A stretch of DNA of 64,000 nucleotides from Octopus sinensis. Its lineage: Eukaryota. A model generated the notes under the pieces. That model saw only the letters and a list, made by a program, of their open reading frames with translations, was not told where the DNA came from and made no database searches. The stretch is taken from the NCBI RefSeq assembly GCF_006345805.1, contig NC_043017.1, forward strand, positions 31,992,001-32,056,000. Direction: 5' to 3'. Below, one piece after another: positions 10,870 to 24,189 of the stretch (positions are counted from its first letter, which is position 1; the number at the start of each line of letters is the position of its first letter). The position numbers and the translations under genes are program-made.

Positions 10870-11567
10870 TTATGCATATATAAGTTTATATTCCCTGATT
10901 GTTTATATTCCCAGACCCTCATCACTAATTCCATCAGATTCTCTATTAACTCTGGCTCAAATAGTCTATCTACTTTACATTCAAACTGGTCCAATCTGGC
11001 CCCTCACACCTACCCTACAATGTCATTCTAACAATAAACTACCACATCATCAAACACTTGAAGCTACAACGTAATTCAAGATTAAATTCAAAACATTGGG
11101 AATTTATAAGCATTAATCATCTGAATACTGAACGGTTTAAACAGTTTATATTCCTTAATTGCTATCCACCTATCTTTAGTTGAAGTCAGTGAAGGAGCCT
11201 CTTGGTGGTTGCCCAGCCTGCCAGAAATAGACGACAACTAAACCTCAATTAACTTATTGACTGCCACATACACCACCCCTAGTTAATCACAACAAGCCAC
11301 CATATGCACCACCTGTGATACATTTTCAAAATTTGAGAAAATATTTTATTCTATATCTTGGAAATGATTTCAAGGTTACTGAAACAATATGAGTGCAAAA
11401 TATTGGTTTCAAATTTTGGCACAAGGCCAGCAATTTCACGGGAGGGGTTAAGTCGATTACATTGACCCCAATGTTCATTGGTACTTATTTTTTAAAACCC
11501 CAAGGATTATTATTGTTGTTGTTGTTGTTGTTGTTGTTATTATTATTATTTATTATTATTATTATTA

Positions 11568-11626
<59 letters not shown>

Positions 11627-11944
11627 GTTATTATTCTATGTTTGACTTTTGCTTTATATTTGTACAAGTTGGCTCCAAGTCTCACCCAGAGACCTCAAGA
11701 GACAGCAGGTTGGAAGTTCATGTTGTTGTTATACCTAGTGTGCCATATATTTGGGTTTTTGGTGTTGTACTAGTGAATGTCTAAAAGAAAAAAGAAAAAA
11801 AAACCCGAAAATTATGTTTGTTTTAAACCTTAAGATTACATAGAAAGTATTTTGTGTAGGATATGAGCAGTTCCCATGAGCACTATCTTTTGAATTTCTG
11901 CCATTTTTGGGTTTCCTGGTATCTGAGTTAGGTTATTATTATTA

Positions 11945-12001
<57 letters not shown>

Positions 12002-12167
12002 TTTTCCTACATTATATTGGCACAGCTCGGTGCAAACCCAAGAAACTACTATTGCCAGTTGATATCATTAGACTGTAGCTGACATAATAAAATAGGACCT
12101 TTTATATGCATATTCAAAAATGTTTCCTGTAAATGAACTTAGAAGATATATATATATATATATATAT

Positions 12168-12304
12168 CTGTGTCCCTTTCTGTAGAAGAGCATAGGCTCG
12201 AAAAACGTAAAAGACTTTTACTATTCCTGAGCATTATACTAATACATCTGTTTGTTTTCTACACCACCTGTCTTCATCTTTTGGTTTTCCTTCGTAAACT
12301 CTCC

Positions 12305-12306
<2 letters not shown>
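12168..12306 (+). mobile_element. Hammerhead-variant repeat (second family) between (TA)n tracts
   Basis: CUUU-CUGUAGA-A-GAGC(AUAG)GCUC-GAAAAA-CGUA-AAAG at 12176-12213; homologous to 60648-60790 and 21399-21447. Confidence 0.55.
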
Positions 12307-12347
<41 letters not shown>

Positions 12348-12420
12348 TCATTATATTATTATTATTATTATATCATATATATATTATATATATATATATA
12401 TGGAGAGAGAGAGAGAGAGA

Positions 12421-12816
12421 TAAAGGGTGAAATATAATTAATTTACTAAAATCAAATTCCTTTGTCTATATAAATGTGGATATGCTAGCGGACTCTTATA
12501 TCTTTCAATGTCGCTTGATCGAATATAGGAGGTAAGTTTTTCCTAGCATTTCTAGATTTATGGGAAATATCATGTTGATTATGATGTTGATAAGGAAATG
12601 AACTTTTCGATTCTAATCCAGAAACGATCGTCCATAATTAATCCATTAGACTGTGTGGTTTCGCTATTTTCCTTTCTTCTTTTACCATATATGAGTTACA
12701 TATACTGTTGTTTGTGGAGACTTATTTTTGTAGTAAAAAAAATAGTAGCCCTTTGACTGCTATTTCTAATATTTTCAGTATGTGGTTTAAGCAACTTGTT
12801 GCAAATAACCCTTTAT
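12421..12816 (+). mobile_element. Diverged single-copy relative of the 605-bp monomer with a decayed hammerhead (12578-12638)
   Basis: Shares CCCTTTGACTGCTATTTCTA..GTATGTGG and AAGGGTGAAAT..AATTAATTT with the array; AUUAUG-augUUGA..GAAACGAUCGUC/CAUAAU. Confidence 0.65.
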
Positions 12817-14839
12817 TATAATTATATATATATATATGTATATGTACTAGATGACGTACCTGGTAATTCCTGGAAAGTAGGGCTTATCCCTTGGTTCCGT
12901 TCTCATAATTGTTTCACTCGTCTAATATCAGTGGTGTGCAGTGATTTCTGCAGTTGGTCATGCAATAAATACTTGGTGCACATGATGGAGACATAATGCA
13001 ACCCCTCCCCACCCTTAAATTTTTTTTTTTTTACGGAAACCCACGTTTTCGACTATGGAGATTCCAATTCTGAAAAAAAAAATTGCGCAAATTGCAACTT
13101 CAGAATTTCGATTCCCCCAATTTCTTCATTTTCCCCTTTTCCCAAAAATTTTCTTGTGGGGTAAATATGTAGAAAAATACTGAAAAAAAAATAGTTTGTA
13201 ATGTTTCAATTTTTCAAAAAAATGAAAAATTACCCCAACCTCCTCCCCTCCCTATATCCTTCAAGCAGGCTAGCCGCATGCTAGAAATAACAGCCAAATC
13301 TCACAAGAATTTGTTGGGTGGGAAAAACTGTAATAAAATAATGAAAGAAACATGTAATCAATCTACTCACCATTCTGCAAAGATTTCTTTCAGAGAAATT
13401 TCCTGCAGTAAAATGAGGAATACTCTGACAAATTGTAAAAAAGAGTTAGATTTGACTTATTTCTGTACCCATATTTTTTGCAACTTTCAAGTTTCATTTT
13501 GTAGAGAGAAAAAACACACTTTCAGTTGCAAAAAAAAAAAAAAAATGAACACTTTAATTTCACTTTGTCATAGTCTACCTTATTATACTGCAATCGTGAA
13601 TTGTAAATCAGTTTCAGCAAAACAGAAAGATAATTTTAGTAAATCAAAAAAAAATTAATTAGCTATATTATATTTCTGATTTCAGACTTTTTTTGTTCAA
13701 TACAGAGAGGATGGTTAATGAAAATAATTTCAAAACTTTTCACTGGGTGAAATAGATATTCCAAAGTCATGGCAACATTTGAGTTGACTAATTAAGAATT
13801 ATGGGATTGGTGATATGTTTTGGCCACAATTTTCACAGGTCAAAAAATCAAACCCATTCAACCATTTTGCCTGTCACATTAACAACATCAATTACGAAGA
13901 ATTGTTGACAAGGAAGAACTGATAGAAAGGGAGGGGAAGCCAAAATATGCATTTTTCTGAAAGCATGCCTTCCGTAGTTATTTCATCAAGATAAAAAGAA
14001 TCTTGCAGGCATTGAAATGATAGTTATTGAAAGATAGGAAGGTGGAGACAAAAGATATCATATGCGTTTTTCTTTAAGCATGCCTAGAGGAAGCAAAATG
14101 GAAACGCAGCAAAGTATCAACCTGGACAAGTTTCCTTTGAAACAGAAACTATTTTTAGCTCAGTTTCCTATGATTTGGACAAACTTTTCAATATGGTTTT
14201 AAATACATTACGTTCTTAAATTGATTTTTTGCTTTGAGTTATATAAAATCAACGGACATGCAGTGCCTCACTAACATATCTAAACTGCACATCACTGATA
14301 TATATATAAACGAGGACATTTGAATAGTAACCATGAGTGTAATGGGTAAAACTGTTTACAAATCTGACCTTGTGCAGACGTCCTAGTATGCAGTTCTGCA
14401 AATTATATTCATTGGATGGTCACACCGAAGATCTACGAACATCTTACGTAAGTAAAAATACGTAATATGTTATTAGTGAAGCATGTATGTGAATAATCCA
14501 TATTTTTATTGCTTTTCTTTTGTCTTGCTCGATTACGTTTTGGGTGTTTTGCTAAATTTTTCTAGAGAACATTTTTTAGTGGTAAGACCATAGAGGATCT
14601 ATTTCTAGCATAAGGGTGTCCACATAGTAGTTTCCCTCTAATATGTATATAATACAATTTTACTGAACCTTCAGTTTTTTTTTATATGCTAGACCACTGG
14701 TGTGAAATTGATGTTAATTAAATTGATATCTAATTTTTCACCCTCCTTTTAAATTTTAAATTTATATAATGGCGGTGCCCCAGCATGGCCACAGCTCGTG
14801 AGCTGAAACTAGATAAAATAACAAAAATAAAATAAAAAT

Positions 14840-14879
<40 letters not shown>

Positions 14880-15464
14880 TGTGTGTGTATAATGTAGAAT
14901 ATGAAATAATGTTGCAAGTATTAATGGGAGATATTTCATTTTAAAATATACTTTTAGTCCTTATGTTAGAGGAACATAAAAATTCTATATTCAGTTTCTG
15001 TTGCCCTAATCAAGATTGACAAGACAGATTTCCATACGGTAATTCTCCAATTTGGAAGAAAGTTGGAAAAAACTGCAGTGACTAACAATTGGGAACTTAG
15101 TCAAAGATCAGCTCCAACAGTTGAACTTCAGGAACAAAGATGAGTAAATTTAGATGAATGGTTTTCAAGCTGTATACTACATTGCATTACATGTGCTGAG
15201 AAATTTAACTGCTAATTATGAGGACAGAAACACACCAACACCGGTTGCCAAACAGCAGTAGGTTATACACATAGACAAAAAAAAAACCTTGAATTTCATT
15301 TTTTTTAAAACTGCAATTTAGGGTTTTAGAAAATATTTATTATTGCTGAATATCTTGAAAAATATGTCACTGGCTGTGTGGTAAGAAGTTTGCTTCCAAA
15401 CTACATGGTCTCAGGTTCAGTCCCACTGTATGGCACTTTAGTCGAGTGACTTCTGAATTAGCTT

Positions 15465-15685
15465 TAAGGTGGCAAGCTGGCAGAAACGTTAGCACGCCAT
15501 GTGAAATGCTTAGCAGTATTTTGTCTGCCGTTACATTCTGAGTTCAAATTCTGCCAAGGTCGACTTTGCCTTTCATCCTTTCGGGGTCGATAAATTAAGT
15601 ACCAGTTCTGCACTGGGGTCGATGTAATCGACTTAATTTGTTTGTCTGTCCTTGTTTGTCCCCCTCTGTGTGTAGTAAAGAAATA
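15465..15685 (+). mobile_element. SINE family B (AAGGYGGYGAGCTGGCAGAA head)
   Basis: GTTCTGAGTTCAAAT B-box-like motif, GGTCGACTTTGCCTTTCATCC body; many copies in the window. Confidence 0.8.
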
Positions 15686-16014
15686 GAAATAGCTTTAGAT
15701 GGACAAATACCTTATGAGTAGATTTGGCAGATGGAAACTGAAAGAAGCCTGTCATATGTGTGTGTGTGTGTTTGTCCCCTATCATTGCTTGATAACTGGT
15801 GTTGGTGTCTTTATGTTCTTCTAACTTAGCAGTTTGGCAAAAGAGACTAATAGAAGAAATACCAAACTTAAAAAAAATTTTTTTTAAATACTGGGGTTGA
15901 TTCATTCAAGTAAAATTCTTCAAAGTGGTTCCCCACCAAGGCCCCAGTCTAACGACTGAAATATTTCCAATGATTTATGTAAAGTAAGCAATAGCTGTCT
16001 TTCTTTATTCATTT

Positions 16015-16551
16015 TCTTTTACTTGTTTCAGTCATTTGACTGTGGCCATGCTGGAGCACCGCCTTTAGTCGAGCAAATCGACCCCGGGACTTATTCTTTG
16101 TAAGCCCAGTACTTATTCTATAAGGCTCTTTTGCCAAGTTATACTCTTTACTCTTTTACTTGTTTCAGTCATTTGACTGTGGCCATGCTGGAGCACTGCC
16201 TTTAGTCGAGCAAATCGACCCCGGGACTTATTCTTTGTAAGCCCAGTACTTATTCTATCGGGCTCTTTTTGCCGAACCGCTAAGTGATGGGGACGTAAAC
16301 ACACCACCATCGGTTGTCAAGCAATGCTAGGGGGACAAACACAGACACACAAACACGCATATTATAGATATATATATATATATATATACGACGGGCTTCT
16401 TTCAGTTTCCATCTACCAAATCCACTCACAAGGCTTTGGTCGGCCTGAGGCTATAGCAGAAGACACTTGCCCAAGATGCCACGCTGTGGGACTGAACCTG
16501 GAACCATGTGGTTGGTAAACAAGCTACTTACCACACAGCCACTCCTGTGCC
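16015..16551 (-). mobile_element. SINE family A, full copy (16144-16551) plus an adjacent duplicated 3' fragment (16015-16140)
   Basis: Family match; 3' 125 bp repeated in tandem. Confidence 0.85.
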
Positions 16552-17205
16552 TTATTTTTAAATGTTTAAGACCAGAAGCATAGATTCCTAAAGTTTCCAT
16601 GCAAAACCAGCCAATAATAATTTACTTTCTGTATGAAGGACTTCTATAATTCATCTATCTATTCATTCATTTATTTATCGCCATTGTGCCATCAAGTTAA
16701 AAAGGATGAGAAACACTGTTTTTGATAAAAAGACAAAAAATGCCAAAGACTTCCATGAAATATTTCATAAAACAACACTCTTTTCACATCAATTGACAGA
16801 CCTTTATTCTCTCAGCATTTCAATGCTCAATGGCAAATGTCTGTCATGACATTTAAGAACCTAAATAAATTTGATATGCATAATAGTTTTTCAACCATTC
16901 TGTTCTCAAAACTTTCCATCAGAATATTCTAATTTTTTTTCTTGTATTTTTCAATAATTGTTTGACAATCAGACAATTAACAGTGATGCAGCATGGAAAG
17001 AAAAACAGAAATAATTGTTTGTAAAAAAGAAAACTACTGATTATAGAACAGCAATATGATAAAGATTTGCTACTCAAGATATAATAATTGTATTGAATTA
17101 TATAGAACTTCGGTTAAAGCTTGATTTTCAATTCCGTGTTGTGTCATTTCAAGCATTCTTAATAAATATTGAAACCAATATCAGATCATTGATAATGATC
17201 TGATA

Positions 17206-17920
17206 GGCGCAGGAGTGGATGTGTGGTAAGTAGCTTGCTTACCAACCACATGGTTCCGGGTTCAGTCCCACTGCGTGGCATCTTGGGAAAGTGTCTTCAG
17301 CTATATGCCTCGTCAGTGGATTTGGTAGACGGAAACTGAAAGAAGCCCGTCATATATATGTATATCATCGTGATCACTGTGACTGACCAGGCTATCAGAT
17401 GTTGCTACACATCGCTGGTCACAATGCGCTTCACATTGTTTTAGCCTTAGAATGACGCCACCCCACTGGCTAAGCGAGCAGGCCAACAGAAGAAAGAGTG
17501 AGAGAAAGTTGTGGCGAAAGAGTACAGCCGGGATCGCCACCACCCCCTGCCGGAGCCTCGTAGAGCTTTCGGTGTTTTCGCTCAATAAACACTCACAACA
17601 CCTGGTCTGGGAATCGAAACTGCGATTCTACAACCACGAGTCCGCTGCCCTAACCACTGGGCCATTGCGCCTATATATGTATATATATATATCTATATAT
17701 ATATATGTATGTGTGTGTCTTTGTTTGTCCCCCTAGCATTGCTTGACAACCGATGGTGGTGTGTTTACATCTCCGTCACTTAGCGGTTCGGCAAAAGAGA
17801 CCGATAGAATAAATACTGAGCTTACAAAGAATAAGTCCCAGGGTCGATTTGCTCGACTAAAGGCGGTGCTCCACCATGGCCGCAGTCAAATGACTGAAAC
17901 AAGTAAAAGAGTAAAAGAGT
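17206..17920 (+). mobile_element. SINE family A with a nested family C SINE
   Basis: Head at 17206, tail at 17920; insertion inside the internal (TA)n. Confidence 0.85.
17365..17671 (-). mobile_element. tRNA-headed SINE family C
   Basis: GGCGCAATGGCCCAGTGGTTAGGGCAGCGGACTC..GTTTCGATTCCC head; related copy at 41013-41165. Confidence 0.8.
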
Positions 17921-18398
17921 AATAGGCTTGCTTCACTTGGCTTAATCTATGATTAAACAACAACACTATATGTTCTTTATTCCATATTCTGAGTTCAAAT
18001 CTGTTGAAAGCCAATCTTTGCTTTTATTACTACTCAGGCTGATAAATAGCTAACATCATTATCATCATCATCAGCACTTTATGTCCATTTTTCCATGCTG
18101 GCATGGGTTGGATGGTTTGACAGGAACTTGCAAGGCCAGAAGCTGTACCAGGTTCCATAGTTTGTTTTGGCTTGGCTTCCATACCTGGATGCTCTTCCTA
18201 ATGCCAACTACTTCACAGGCCATAGTGGTACAATCCTCAGTGCTTTTTACACAAACACCAATGCCTCTTGCACAGCATCTAGTTTATAAAGCATCAGTTC
18301 TGCTGTGGTGAGCAGGTGACCTTGGGGACAGCAATACACCACATGTCTCAGTCCTCTGAAATAAATCAATATTAATTTTACCCTGCTTTTCGAATTTA

Positions 18399-18964
18399 TT
18401 GGGTTGTCTGAAAAGTTTGTGCTGATTTTTAAAGGAAAGTAAAAGGTCAATAAATACTTGCCATTATATTTTTAATCAACCAAATATGAACCATTTTGTT
18501 GCCCAATGCATCTCCATCTTTCCTTTAACTTGGAAATACCCTCTTCCCAGAATCGAGGTGGTTTCATGGCAAAGAACTCATCAAGGTATCTTTTTACATC
18601 ATCCAAGGAATTGAAATTTTTACCATTAAGACTATTCTGCAGAGACCTGAATAAGTGGAAATCCAAAGGAGCAATATCTGGTGAATATGGAGGGTGGGGT
18701 AACACATCCCAGCCGAGCTGCAGCAATTTTTGTCTGGTTCCCAAAGCATCAAGTGCCGAAAATGAACTTTCTTATCTTCCATTTTAAAGGGTTACAAAAT
18801 TAACACAGGTTATAGGAACATAAACCTTCTTCCACGAAAAGATAGCTTAAATTATGCTCTAAATGGAAGTGTAGTTAAATCCTATTTTATGGACTCAACC
18901 ATGTTCTAAAATAAGTTGAAAGGTAAGCTACTATAAATCGACATGAACTTTCCGGACAACCCAA
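18399..18964 (-). mobile_element. Internally deleted mariner with both TIRs and TA target duplication
   Basis: TIR TTGGGTTGTCYGRAAAGTT; ORF 18472-18744 with HPPYSPDIAPLDFHLF (YSPDLAPSD motif). Confidence 0.92.
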
Positions 18965-19157
18965 TATGTTGCTGACTTAGTGATAAGGATGTTGTTGTTG
19001 GGACCCTAAATCAGCAATAGGCAACCTTTATCAAGAAGTGGTCTGCATGTGAAACTAAGAAATTCGCTGCTAAAGAAATTCAAGGTAACATTTCATTAAA
19101 CAAGCAATTCAGAAACTCCAGCTGGTCACAGATTGACTATGACTGCCCTAAAGTTCT

Positions 19158-19756
19158 GTTTTTGATTCGACGGTCATTCAGAATGCTCACAGCAGCCATA
19201 TTCCTACCGCTCTATGTCACGCTGGTGAGACCCATATTGGAGTACAGGATTCAAGCCTCTTCTACTTATCTCCTCAAAGACATACATTATCTCGAAAGAG
19301 TCCAGAAGCTGGCTACCCGCATGGTTCTTGGTCTCAAGCATTTGTCTTATGAAGAAAGGCTGAAGACGCTCGACCTTTATTCTCTAGTAAAACAACGATG
19401 CCGTGGTGATCTCATTCTTGCTCACAACATCATAAGCGGAAAGTGTAACCTTGCGAAAGAGCTGTTCTTCACTCCTGCTCCAGGGCGTTGGCTGCGGGGT
19501 CACTCCGAAAAGCTCTATCTGCGACGATTTCATCTCAATCGAAGGAGAGGGGCTTTCTCTGTCCGGGTTGCGAATCCATGGAATAAGCTGCCGGACGAGA
19601 TAGTGATGATGCTGACGACCACTCGGTTCAAAGTCTCCCTTGACCACAAATGGCCTGAACTCTTTGCATGACACCACCCTGTACATAACTCCATGTCCCC
19701 CTACATGGCCTTGCTTTTTGCTTTTTGAGCCAAAAAATTTACTAACTAACTAACTA
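19158..19756 (+). mobile_element. 5'-truncated CR1/L2-clade LINE (ORF2 C-terminus 19162-19671, 3' UTR, (ACTA)n tail)
   Basis: LYVTLVRPILEY..LERVQKLATRMV..LSYEERLKTLDLYSL..RGDLI..FSVRVANPWNKLP is typical post-RT CR1-like sequence. Confidence 0.88.
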
Positions 19757-20359
19757 AATCAATCCCAGTCAAACAGAAAAATAATCTAAGTCATTCCAGC
19801 AAAGTCCACCCCCGCTTTTTCAAACATCAACATGCTGAGGGCATTATCCTGTAGATCCTACTTTTAAAAACTATATATGGTTTGAGGAAGCAATATGACT
19901 ACTATTTCTAGTAGATGCAACAACAACAACAACAAAAACCTTCACAGCTGCTCTCATAAGCTCAGCTGATTCAGTAATCCTTTTTAGCAATGCTGTTTCT
20001 ATTTGTGTTGTTGTTGCTGTTGTTGTTGGTTCTTTGACAAAAGTGGTTGCTCACATGTCATATTTTAAAGCAAGTTGGTAAATAATCAAAAAAACACACA
20101 CAAACACACAATGAAGAACAATGTTGTCCACCACCACCACCACCACCAGCAGGGTTGTCATTAACATCATCACCACAATAACTGCTGCTGCTGCTGCTGC
20201 TGCGGCTGCTGCTGCGGCTGCTGCTGCTGTTTCAGTGATGCCTCTTCCAACTTAAACTTAAGCTGGCCTGAAGTGATTATCGCTGGATGAGAAGAATGTA
20301 AACAATTATGCAAATCATTAAGGGCATGATACCTGAAATCTAGTTTTATGCTTATATAC

Positions 20360-20439
20360 ACATATGTATATATATATACATGTATATGTGTGTGTGTGTA
20401 TGTATATATATATGTGTGTGTGTGTGTGTGCATACGTGT

Positions 20440-20484
<45 letters not shown>

Positions 20485-20803
20485 TATATATATGTGCATT
20501 ATATGTGTGTGTATATCGGTATATATATGTGTGTGTGTGTATATATATATATATATGCATATATATATGTGTGTATGTGAGCATGTGTCTATATATGTAT
20601 ATGTGTATATATATATCTGTGCACATGTGTACAAATATATATATATGTGCATTATATGTGTGTGTGTATATCGGTATATATATATGTGTATGTATATATG
20701 TTTATATATATGTGTATGTATATATATATATGTATATATGATTGTATTTGTGCGTGTGTGTGTATATGTGTGTGTATGCAAGTGTGTGTGTGTGTGTACA
20801 TAC

Positions 20804-20834
<31 letters not shown>

Positions 20835-21280
20835 TACATGCACACACACACACACATACATGCACACACACACACACGCACACACACCTAGGTACTAGAG
20901 AGAGGAGATGGAAGCAATAAAACCCCCAATTGCTTAAACTACTTCCATTTACTCACTGTTAATGTTCCTGTAAAACCTTCTTCTTCAAGATGGAAAGCAA
21001 CAAGATCAGTTTTGATGAGCTTTTAATGTGGATAATTTCAGCCGTTGGCGTTGGTTATGTAAGGGGGGGAGGGGCACGGATGGAATTGTTTATTGGTTCT
21101 TCAAAACTTATGCAAAGCGTAGTGCAGATGGTGTGTGTATGTATATATATATATACATACCATACAAAATGCATATACATGCACACACTTATATAAAAAG
21201 GTATGGCATGTATATATGTATGCATGGATTTATGTGCACACAGATATGTACTTACAAACACACATATATGTATACGTATG

Positions 21281-21311
<31 letters not shown>

Positions 21312-21332
21312 ACACACACATATATGTATATG

Positions 21333-21399
<67 letters not shown>

Positions 21400-21666
21400 A
21401 AGGGAAACTTTACGAAAAATAAACAAAAGACGAAGACAGGTGGTGTATGTATATATATATGTATATATATGTATGTATACATCATGTATATATCATATGC
21501 GGTGTTAGTGAGGTCTCTAAAATAAATGAGAAAGTTTTGTAAGACAAATTACAAAAATCTACATTTTTATGCTTGAAAAATCTTCAACTAACTTCGGAAC
21601 CGATATGTTTTTTTTGGTGTATACATGTATGTATATATGTATATATATGTATACATATATGTATAT

Positions 21667-21710
<44 letters not shown>

Positions 21711-21735
21711 ATATATATAATATATATATATACGT
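20360..21735. repeat. Compound (TA)n/(TG)n/(CA)n microsatellite blocks
   Basis: Blocks at about 20360-20890, 21140-21490 and 21610-21735. Confidence 0.9.
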
Positions 21736-22176
21736 GTGTGGGGGGGGGTATTTATACATGTTGGTTTTAGTTTTTTGCAATGGGAAAAACTTCAGTTACA
21801 TTTAGAAAATATATTTGTATGTATTTAATCTTCTTGCACAGAAAAATAGTGAGTAATTGAGAGGTTTCTTTTAAAGATTTATGAGCAGTTTAAAATTCAT
21901 GAGCGCAGTTAGTTATGTTAAATTTTCGTTTACTTTTCAAATTATTTTTTCCTTTTCTTTTTCTTTATTATCATTATTATTATCATCAGTATTATTATTA
22001 CTATTATTATTATTACTATTATGATCATTATCATCATCATCATCATCATCATCATTATTATTATTATTACTGAGGGGCCAAGCAGGGCAAAATGCTTAGC
22101 GTCATTTTGTCAGTCTTCAGGTTCTGAGTTCAAATTCCGCCGAGGTTGACTTTGTGTTTTATCCTCCCGGGGTGTA

Positions 22177-22561
22177 CTCTTTTACTCTTTTACTTGTTTC
22201 AGTCCTTTGACTGCGGCCATGCTGGAGCAAATCAACCCTGGGACTTATTCATTGTAAGCCCAGTACAGTACTTATTCTATCAATCCCTTTTGCCGAACCG
22301 CTAAGTGATGGCGACGTAAACACTCCAGCATCGGTTGTCAAGCAATGCTAGTGGGACAGACACAGACACACACACATACATATAAATATACGTATATACG
22401 ACAGGCTTCTTTCAGTTTCCGTCTACCAAATCCACTCACAAGGCTTTGGTCAGCCCGAGGCTATAGCAGAAGACACTTGACCAAGATGCCACACAGTGGG
22501 ACTGAACCCGGAACCAAGTGGTTGGTAAGCAAGCTACTTACCACACAGCCACTCCTGTGTC
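22177..22561 (-). mobile_element. SINE family A inserted in a family B SINE
   Basis: Family B sequence at 22075-22175 resumes at about 22570. Confidence 0.8.
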
Positions 22562-23461
22562 TATGTTAAAATAAGTACTGCTTAAGTACTGGGGTCGATG
22601 TAATCAACTTACCCCTCCCCCCAAAATCTCAGGCTTCATACATATAGTAGAAAGGATTACTATTATTCTGCTGAGATCCACTTTGCCTTTCTTTCTTTCT
22701 TTCATTCAGGGGGCAATAAAATAAGTACCAGTTGAGTATTGGGGGTCAATGTAATCAACTTACTTCCACCCCCGAAATTGCTGGCCTTGTGCGAAAATTT
22801 GAAATCATAAGCTGGCAGAATCATTAGAATGGCAGGGATAATGTTTAGTGACATTTTGTCCGTCCTTACGCTCTGAAATCAAATTCCGACGTGGTCAACT
22901 TTGCCTTTCATCCTGTAGGGGTCAACAAATTAAGTATCAGTTAAGCACTGGGGGTCAATGTAATTGACTATCTCCCTCCCCCAAAATTTCAGGCCTTGTG
23001 CCTATAGTAAGGTTTATTATTATTATTTATTAGAAAATTACTATTTTTAAAATCTCACAGCGTGAGATATTCAGCAACAGCACTTTGTAGTAAAGATTGT
23101 TTGCCAAGGACTACCATGTTACGTTGGCAAACGGTCTTTCCTATTATTATTTATGTTGAGTTGATTTAATTTACTATTGGTAAACACGTAAGCCAGTACA
23201 GACTTTTGTATATTTGGGTCTCCAGCAACTAAGCTACGTTGGTAAGTACCAGTCAGGAATGAATGTTAATTTACTTAACCCCGCCCCCAAAATTACTGGC
23301 CTTGTGCCAAAATTTGAAACCATTCACACCAGGCAAAATCCTAAGAGGTATTTTTATCCATTTCTATGACCTGAGTTGAAATTCTGCTGAGGTTGGGATT
23401 TTGTTGAAATCATTGTTATTATTATTATTATTACTATTATTATTATTATTATTATTATTAC

Positions 23462-23861
23462 TTTTTTTTCTTCTTTCAAATTTGCTTCCATTTCTTGCCG
23501 AGTGTCTTCCCGACTCCTAGGGCAAAGAAACTCATAGTATACATTGGTAGGCCATTAAACCAAACTCAATTGTTCGTTCATTTTTTTTTTTTAAAGTTAA
23601 ATTAAAATACATGAGCAGCAACAGTTCTCACATCGACAATGCTCTTCTCAATACGTGTGATGTACCAGTTAAGACAATCTTTTGCACTTCTTGCAGGGAT
23701 GGTAAGCCAGGGATCATTCTCATATAATTTTCGGTTCTCTTCTTGATCATTCCTAGTGCTTCTACAATCACTGGTATTGTAACCGCCTTGAGATGCCACA
23801 TTTTCTCAATTTCAATGAGTAGGTCTTTATATTTTCTGAGCTTGTCAAACTCTTTCGCTTT
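23462..23861 (-). mobile_element. R4/Dong-like (restriction-like endonuclease) LINE 3' end in a (TAA)n tract
   Basis: Open frame 23861-23628: KAKEFDKLRKYKDLLIEIEKMWHLKAVTIPVIVEALGMIKK..VQKIVLTGTSHVLRRALSM*; (TAA)n on both sides. Confidence 0.85.
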
Positions 23862-23878
23862 CGTTATTATTATTATTA

Positions 23879-23929
<51 letters not shown>

Positions 23930-24149
23930 CATTATTATTATTATTGTTTAAGGCAGCGAGGTGGGAGAATCATTAACATGCTGGTTGAAATACTTGGCAG
24001 CATTTCATCCGTACTTGCGTTCTGAGCTCAAATTTGCCTTTCATCCTTTCAGGGACAATAAATCAAGTACCAGTGAAACACTAGGGTCCCCTCCCACCAA
24101 ATTTCAGGCCTTGTGCCTATAGTAGAAAGGATTATCATTATTATTATTA

Positions 24150-24189
<40 letters not shown>

